Assembly (NCBI GenBank): GCA_963827165.1
Contig: CAWGZR010000005.1
Location: 544,001 to 608,000 of the forward strand
Source: Candidatus Bathyarchaeota archaeon
GTDB lineage: Archaea > Thermoproteota > Bathyarchaeia > Bathyarchaeales > Bathycorpusculaceae
Direction: 5' to 3'
Length of the DNA stretch: 64,000 nucleotides
Both the position numbers and the translations under genes were made by a program. Positions within the stretch are counted from its first letter, which is position 1. Every line of letters starts with the position of its first letter. Shown here one piece after another: positions 58,163 through 64,000 of this stretch. A model generated the notes under the pieces. That model made no database searches and was not told where the DNA came from. It saw only the letters and a program-made list of their open reading frames with translations.

Positions 58163-59066
58163 TGTTGTAGGTTTCGGAGCTCTTAATGTTGACATGCTCT
58201 TTAAAGTGGAGAGGCTAGCACGGGCTGAAGAGGAAAGCTTCGTTGAAGATTACACTGAGGCCTGCGGCGGCTCAGCGGCAAATACCACTGTTGGTTTGGC
58301 AAGGCTCGGCTGCAAAACTGGCTTCATCGGAAAAGTAGCTGATGATCGAGAAGGCAAATTACAAGTCGACTGTTTCAAAACTGAAGGTGTAGACACAGCA
58401 GGCATCGTTCAGGCGAAGAGGGGGAAAAGCGGGTCAGTTATGGGATTCGTGGACAAGAAAGGGGCAAGAGTCCTCTACATCAACCCAGGAGTCAACGATT
58501 TAATCGAGCCTCGAGAAATAAACTACAGCTACGCTTTCGGGACAGAATTTCTGCATTTCTCATCATTTGTTGGCGAAAAATCTTTTCGAGCCCAAAAAAA
58601 ACTCTTAGGCGCTTTGCCCAGCAATGTCAAAATCAGCTTTGACCCCGGGTCAGTATACGCACAGAAAGGTTTTGCAGCCATTGAACCGATAATTCGAAGC
58701 TCCTACGTTTTTATGCCTAACGAGGGCGAACTTGAACTCATAACTGGAGAAACTGACATCCGCAGAGCCGCCGACTCAATACTTGACGCAGGGGTCAAAA
58801 TCGTAGCAGTCAAGCTGGGCGATAAAGGCTGTTACGTTACTGATGGGCAGGAACGGCTGAGAATCGAGCCTTTCAAAGTTAAAGTGGTCGACACAACTGG
58901 GGCAGGTGACGCTTTCTGTGCTGGCTTCCTCTACGGCTTAATCAAGGAGAAGAGCCTCTTCGAATGCGGGCGCTTTGGTAATTTTGTCGCTTCAAGATGT
59001 GTCACAGCGATGGGAGCCCGCGGTGGATTGCCTTATGCCAAAGATTTACAGGCATTTTTTGGTTAG
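58149..59066 (+). CDS. PfkB/ribokinase-family carbohydrate or nucleoside kinase (EhaT-like)
   Basis: GALNVD, GGSAAN, FDPG, PNEGE, VKLGDKG, DTTGAGDAFCAGF. Confidence 0.92.
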   Translation: MTKFDVVGFGALNVDMLFKVERLARAEEESFVEDYTEACGGSAANTTVGLARLGCKTGFIGKVADDREGKLQVDCFKTEGVDTAGIVQAKRGKSGSVMGFVDKKGARVLYINPGVNDLIEPREINYSYAFGTEFLHFSSFVGEKSFRAQKKLLGALPSNVKISFDPGSVYAQKGFAAIEPIIRSSYVFMPNEGELELITGETDIRRAADSILDAGVKIVAVKLGDKGCYVTDGQERLRIEPFKVKVVDTTGAGDAFCAGFLYGLIKEKSLFECGRFGNFVASRCVTAMGARGGLPYAKDLQAFFG

Positions 59067-59867
59067 GTTGCTGATCACGTTTTGGAAGATTAGTTTTCCG
59101 TCGCCATAATGTGGCATTTGATTTTGACTGGTCCAATCGGGTTGTTGCCACCAAAACATGGCTCTTTCCGGATGAGGCATAAGCCCGAAAACGTTTCCTT
59201 CCCTGTTGCATAACCCAGCAATATCATAGAAGGAGCCGTTGGGGTTAGCGGGGTACTTGCCGTCTGCAACCGTGCCGTCTTTGTCGCAGTACCGGAAAAC
59301 AACCATGTCGTCATCTATCAGTTTGGTAAGAAGCGCTTGCTCTTTTTCTTTCGGGAAAAGCAATCTTCCTTCCCCATGAGCGATAGGCATCCTCAACATT
59401 TGACCAGCTGCGATTTTGTTCGTGAAGAGGCATTTTCCGCGGTTTTCATGTTTTAGGTAGATCCACTGGCACTTGAAGCCTGCAGGTTCGTTGGTCGTCA
59501 AAGTAGCTTCGGGGTATGAACTTACGTCTTTGAATCCTGGGAGCAAACCGTACTCAACCATTATTTGGAATCCGTTGCATATTCCCAGGATTGGTCTGCC
59601 ATCGTCGATGAAAGTTTCCATTTCTTTGCCTAACTTGGCGCTAAGATGTCTTGCGAAAATTACGCCTGAACGTACATAATCGCCAAAGGAGAAGCCGCCT
59701 GGAAAAACCAGCACCTGATAATCGAGCAAGCTATGCAGTTTTGCTAGTTCGTTGACATGCAGGACGTCGGTTTGGACGCCTAACTCGTGGAAAGCCCGCT
59801 GAGTTTCCGAGTCACAATTTGTTCCGCCAACACGCATGACGCAGACTTTGATTTCTTCGAGCTTCAT
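59046..59867 (-). CDS. purQ: FGAM synthase glutaminase subunit
   Basis: GTNCD, PGGFSFGDY, LGICNGFQ, AHGEG, NPNGS, GLMPHPER. Confidence 0.96.
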   Translation of the reverse strand: MKLEEIKVCVMRVGGTNCDSETQRAFHELGVQTDVLHVNELAKLHSLLDYQVLVFPGGFSFGDYVRSGVIFARHLSAKLGKEMETFIDDGRPILGICNGFQIMVEYGLLPGFKDVSSYPEATLTTNEPAGFKCQWIYLKHENRGKCLFTNKIAAGQMLRMPIAHGEGRLLFPKEKEQALLTKLIDDDMVVFRYCDKDGTVADGKYPANPNGSFYDIAGLCNREGNVFGLMPHPERAMFWWQQPDWTSQNQMPHYGDGKLIFQNVISNLTKKCL

Positions 59868-62248
59868 CAAGTTTTACCGCCAAATGTTTTCTTCCAGCTC
59901 CGCCGCAAATCTGCAAGTGAAGCGTCGACGATGGTTTTCATGTTTAACCCGTTAACGACCAATCGCTCGTCTTTGGTTACTTTTCCGATCTGAGCGTAAG
60001 GTTTGTTTCTCATTACAGACTCAAAGTCTTCTTTATCTTGCTCTGACACTTCTAGCAGGAAACGGCTGTTCGACTCAGAAAACAACATAAAATCGTTCCG
60101 CTCAATGCCCGTCGCCGGCACTTTGCTTAAATCCAGTTGCAAGCCGTAGCCGCCAGCAAACGCCATCTCCGCCGCCGCTACCGCCAACCCGCCTTCCGAG
60201 AGGTCGTGGCATGACTTGATTAAGCCCGAATCTATTGCTTTGGTAACTGCCCTGAAAGTGCGTTTAGCTTTGGCACCTTTAACTTTTGGAACACTTGCGC
60301 CCAGATAGCCATTGAGTTTGTAGTATTCTGAGCCACCCAATTCGTGTAGTGTTTCTCCTGCGATGTAGAGCAGGTTGCCAGGTGCTTTTAGATCCATTGA
60401 AGTCACCAATTGAATGTTTGGCAGGATGCCTACTGCCGTAATCAACAGCGTTGGGGTAACGGGACCCATCGGGGACTCATTGTAGAGGCTATCTTTTCCA
60501 GAGATAAACGGAGTCTTGAACGCCACTGCAAAGTCATAGCATGCTTCGCAAGCCCGAACCAGTGAGCCTAAACGCTCCGGCTTTTCAGGGTTTCCCCAAG
60601 TGAAATTATCAAGCAACGCAATTCTTCTTCCCCCCACCGCAACGTTGTTTCTCACTGCCTCATCAATGGCAGAAGCCGCCATCCAGTAAGGGTCAATTTT
60701 GCCATAATTCGGCTTCATACCGCACGAAATCGCTAAACCCTTCCATGAATCATTAAGCGGTTTGAGAACGGCTGCATCGTTCGGTCCAGCGTAGACTCCC
60801 TGGAGGGGTTTAAGCGTCGTGTTGCCTTTGACCTCATGGTCATATGTTCGTATGACGCTTTCTTTGCTAGCTATGTTTGGGGCTGCAAGCAATTGAAGCA
60901 GGGTCTCAGTCAGGTTTTCAGGGGCGGAAAACTGCGGTTCCGCGAAGCTTGATTTTTCAATGGTCGCTATTTTCACGCTTTTGCAGGGGTTAAACAGGAA
61001 AGCCATTTCCATGTCCGCGACTTTTTCGCTGTTGAAATTGAGGAGTAGACGTCGTTCAGTTGTGAGTTTTCCGATTGCCGTTGCTTCGACATCTTCTCTC
61101 GCAAATATCGCCATGACTCGGTCTAAGTTTTCAGGCGGAACCGTTATGAGCATTCTTTCTTGTGATTCGGAAATGTAAATTTCCCAGGGCGCTAAACCGC
61201 GGTGCTTGAGGGGCACTTTGTCTAGGTCAATTGTTATTCCACAGTTGAACCTTTCAGCTGTTTCACCTATAGCTGACGATAATCCGCCTCCTCCAAGGTC
61301 GGTTGTCGCCGAAGCAAGTTGCAAATCACGGATATCTATTATCGCCCTTTTCACTTTCTCTTCTTCGATCGGATCAGCGATTTGCACCGCAGGTCGCGAA
61401 ATCTCCTCGGATTTCTCCGTTAATTCGGCTGAGGCGAAGGTTACGCCGTGGATGCCATCGCGTCCTGTTTTTCCACCAGCCAAAACCACGATATGCCCTG
61501 GTTTAGCGTTTTTTGTGAATTTAGCTAGCGGAAGGAGTCCTATGCATCCGCAATAGACAGTGACGTTGCCTGTGTAGCTTTCGTCAAAGTATATTGCTCC
61601 GTTGACCGTTGGGATTCCCATGTTGTTTCCATAGGCGCTGATGCCCGCTGTCACGCCCATGTAAACGTATTTTGGGTGTTTCACGCCTGCTGGAAGCTTT
61701 TTGTAGTCGTAATCGAGCGGTCCGAAGCCTAAAACGTCGGTGCATGCGATCGGGTCAGCCCAAACGCCAAGTATGTCCCTGATTACGCCTCCGACCCCTG
61801 TGGCCGCCCCGCCAAAGGGTTCTACTGCTGATGGGTGATTATGGGTTTCAACTTTTGCCGCTATACCGTATCCTTGGTCGAAGCGGACGATTCCCGCATT
61901 GTCTTCGAAAACGCTAAAGCACCATGGCGCCTTGATTTGTTTAGTTGCTTTTGCAATGTAGGTTTTGAAAAGGCTGTCGATTTCTTTGCCGTCAAGAAGG
62001 ATTTTTCCTTTGAAAGTTTTGTGGTAGCAGTGCTCTGACCATGTTTGACTGATGGTTTGCAGCTCAACGTCGGTTGGGTTTCTTCCTTCCGTTTTAAAGT
62101 AGGTTTGGATGCTCTTCATTTCTTCGACACTTAAGCCTAACGCTAATTCACTACTGGCTTCAGCGAGTTGCTTATCGTTGGCTTCAGCTAAAGCTGCTTC
62201 GTAGAGGGCGTAATCTGTCTTGCGGGCACGGTAAAGTGAAGAGCTCAT
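59867..62248 (-). CDS. purL: FGAM synthase large subunit
   Basis: WSEHCYHK, KVETHNHPSAVEPFGGAATGVGG, GRDGIHG, SESQERM, GKDSLYN, HDLSEGG. Confidence 0.97.
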   Translation of the reverse strand: MSSSLYRARKTDYALYEAALAEANDKQLAEASSELALGLSVEEMKSIQTYFKTEGRNPTDVELQTISQTWSEHCYHKTFKGKILLDGKEIDSLFKTYIAKATKQIKAPWCFSVFEDNAGIVRFDQGYGIAAKVETHNHPSAVEPFGGAATGVGGVIRDILGVWADPIACTDVLGFGPLDYDYKKLPAGVKHPKYVYMGVTAGISAYGNNMGIPTVNGAIYFDESYTGNVTVYCGCIGLLPLAKFTKNAKPGHIVVLAGGKTGRDGIHGVTFASAELTEKSEEISRPAVQIADPIEEEKVKRAIIDIRDLQLASATTDLGGGGLSSAIGETAERFNCGITIDLDKVPLKHRGLAPWEIYISESQERMLITVPPENLDRVMAIFAREDVEATAIGKLTTERRLLLNFNSEKVADMEMAFLFNPCKSVKIATIEKSSFAEPQFSAPENLTETLLQLLAAPNIASKESVIRTYDHEVKGNTTLKPLQGVYAGPNDAAVLKPLNDSWKGLAISCGMKPNYGKIDPYWMAASAIDEAVRNNVAVGGRRIALLDNFTWGNPEKPERLGSLVRACEACYDFAVAFKTPFISGKDSLYNESPMGPVTPTLLITAVGILPNIQLVTSMDLKAPGNLLYIAGETLHELGGSEYYKLNGYLGASVPKVKGAKAKRTFRAVTKAIDSGLIKSCHDLSEGGLAVAAAEMAFAGGYGLQLDLSKVPATGIERNDFMLFSESNSRFLLEVSEQDKEDFESVMRNKPYAQIGKVTKDERLVVNGLNMKTIVDASLADLRRSWKKTFGGKT

Positions 62249-62496
62249 TGCTGATCCTCAAAAGTTACGGTATAGTTGTCTTTGGTTGGGTTCGCAAGGA
62301 GGCGTTTGCTCATCTCTTCCGCTTTTACCTTTGCCTCATTAATTGTCTTCGCCTCAAGCGAGACCGTGTAGACTTTGCTTACGTCCACCGCTTGCACTTT
62401 ATATCCGAGTTCCGTTAGCAAACGGGCTGTTGTTTCCCCTTCAGGGTTGCTGTGACCTGGTTTCAGGATGACTTCTATCTTCGCTCGGTATATCAT
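62245..62496 (-). CDS. purS: FGAM synthase small subunit
   Basis: LKPGHSNPEGET...RLLANP; overlaps the purL start. Confidence 0.9.
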   Translation of the reverse strand: MIYRAKIEVILKPGHSNPEGETTARLLTELGYKVQAVDVSKVYTVSLEAKTINEAKVKAEEMSKRLLANPTKDNYTVTFEDQQ

Positions 62497-62554
62497 AAAT
62501 CCTTTAAATTAAGCCTAAAGATTTAAACGCTTTCAACAGAAAAAAAGCAAAATT

Positions 62555-63634
62555 TTACGTCAAAACCAGCCTTTTGTTTCCGTACTTTACTTCCACCGTT
62601 TTCTTATCAGTTACTTTCCCTATGATTTCAGGCTTTTCCCCATCTATCTCCAACGCACTCATGGCTTTGTCCGCTTCAGATTTGTCCAAAATAATGCCAA
62701 AACCCCATCCCATGTTAAAAGTTTTGAACATTTCCTCATCAGAAATGCAGTAGCCTAATTCAGCCGCAGTCTTTTGGATCAGCTCGAATATGGGTTGTGG
62801 ACTGAAGTTGCTAAATTCAAAGCCTATCCCCGGCGAAAAATTAGCCAGGTTGTTAAATTTCATGTAACCATCACCCGTGATATGGACAGCCGCTTTCACC
62901 TTGACTTTGCTAGCCACCTTAAGAAGCGGCTTAACATAAATTTTCGTCGGCTCGAGCGCTTCAAGCACAACTTCCCTATCTAATCCTTCAGGGACATCGT
63001 TTGGCTGGTATTTTCCTCCCCACTGCTTAAACAAGATTTTTCTAACCATCGTTAAGCCGTTGCTATGCAATCCACTGCTTGCTAAGCCTATTATCGGGTC
63101 TTCCGGCTTGATGCCTTCGCCAGTTATGATGTTTTGCCGCTCAACCGTTCCAACTGACGCGACTACCATGTCAAAGCCTGTATTGTCGACTAAGCCTTTT
63201 ATTATTTCTGCCACATCACCTGTTTCCCCGCTTGTAACTGGGCACTCTGCTTCAGCGGCGCCTTGACCGATTCCTTTGAGCCACTCTCTTACAAGGCGAG
63301 GTTCACTGGCTTGCGCATGGATGTTGTCGGCAATTGCAAGGGGTCGGGCTCCTGAACGTATTACATCGTTAACCGCCATCGCCACCGCGTCGACGCCTAT
63401 AGTGTCATATTTGTTTGCCAATTGTGCCAAAAGAACTTTGGTTCCTACCCCTTCAATGACTAGGTCCAAAAAAGTGTTTTCGCCAACCGGAAAAATGTTG
63501 CCATATGGCAAACGCATTACATTGCCAAAGCGGCTGTACTTGTAAGTTTCCTGTAGATCTTTCAGGGCTTTTTTTGATTCGACGCGCTGCTGCCGATTTA
63601 CACCTGCATCCGTGTAAGTGAAGTTTTTGGGCAA
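62555..63634 (-). CDS. purM: Phosphoribosylformylglycinamidine cyclo-ligase (AIR synthetase)
   Basis: YTDAGV, EGVGTK, AMAVND, GET, SSGLHSNG, HITGDG, TFNMGWG. Confidence 0.95.
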   Translation of the reverse strand: MPKNFTYTDAGVNRQQRVESKKALKDLQETYKYSRFGNVMRLPYGNIFPVGENTFLDLVIEGVGTKVLLAQLANKYDTIGVDAVAMAVNDVIRSGARPLAIADNIHAQASEPRLVREWLKGIGQGAAEAECPVTSGETGDVAEIIKGLVDNTGFDMVVASVGTVERQNIITGEGIKPEDPIIGLASSGLHSNGLTMVRKILFKQWGGKYQPNDVPEGLDREVVLEALEPTKIYVKPLLKVASKVKVKAAVHITGDGYMKFNNLANFSPGIGFEFSNFSPQPIFELIQKTAAELGYCISDEEMFKTFNMGWGFGIILDKSEADKAMSALEIDGEKPEIIGKVTDKKTVEVKYGNKRLVLT

Positions 63635-63859
63635 ACTGGTGTTCTCCTCGTAATCTTTCTGTTACGTTAGAAATAACGATTATGCTTGCTTTGAAGCCGG
63701 ATTGCAATTACATGTTTTTCTGGCCGATCAAAGAAAGAGGTTCTTGAGGTTTAACGGGCTTCAGTAGGTACGCGTCTGGGTAGGGGATCATATTGCTCAA
63801 ATGAAAACTAATATATTGCCGCGAACCCAACAAAAACAAGCCTGAGCCAAAATGTGCTT

Positions 63860-63936
63860 GCGGTCGTAGTCTAGCTTGGTTAGGACATCAGGTTCCCAAC
63901 CTGACAACCCGGGTTCAAATCCCGGTGACCGCACCA
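63860..63936 (+). tRNA. tRNA-Gly(CCC), CCA encoded
   Basis: GCGGTCG/TGACCGC acceptor stem, TCAGG-TTCCCAA-CCTGA anticodon arm, GGTTCAAATCC, ACCA. Confidence 0.95.
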
Positions 63937-64000
63937 GAAATAATGGCTCTAAGTCTTTATCGCTCAAAACTTGGTTTTGAGCAAAAGACAAAAGAGGGAC

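Noticed and set aside
63797-63991. 64-aa minus-strand ORF
   Set aside because: Antisense to tRNA-Gly

Overview
Gene-dense archaeal chromosomal segment. Archaeal RpoP, Trm112, deoxyhypusine synthases, the CdhABCDE CO dehydrogenase/acetyl-CoA synthase, F420 biosynthesis genes, BRE/TATA promoters and frequent TTG starts are most consistent with Bathyarchaeia (inference). In order it contains: a surface protein, rpoP and tRNA methylation genes; a sugar-nucleotide operon; guaA, tRNA-Leu and argS; two DHS paralogues; an ATP-grasp/glutamate-cysteine-ligase module; an F420 cluster (cofC, SCP2, cofE, MetF-like, FrhB-like); a ~14 kb accessory ion/redox/copper region; cooC-tsaA(frameshifted)-cooC-cdhABCDE; and a purine cluster ending at tRNA-Gly. 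The main candidate for an undescribed system is in the purine cluster. It encodes steps 1, 2, 4 and 5 (purF, purD, purSLQ, purM) but no purN/purT. Directly coupled to purD is a HAD-like protein + divergent Ftr formyltransferase + PfkB kinase triad (resembling the methanogen 'EhaR/S/T' genes), a candidate pterin-dependent GAR transformylase route. All product calls are from motif recognition by eye; no database searches were run.
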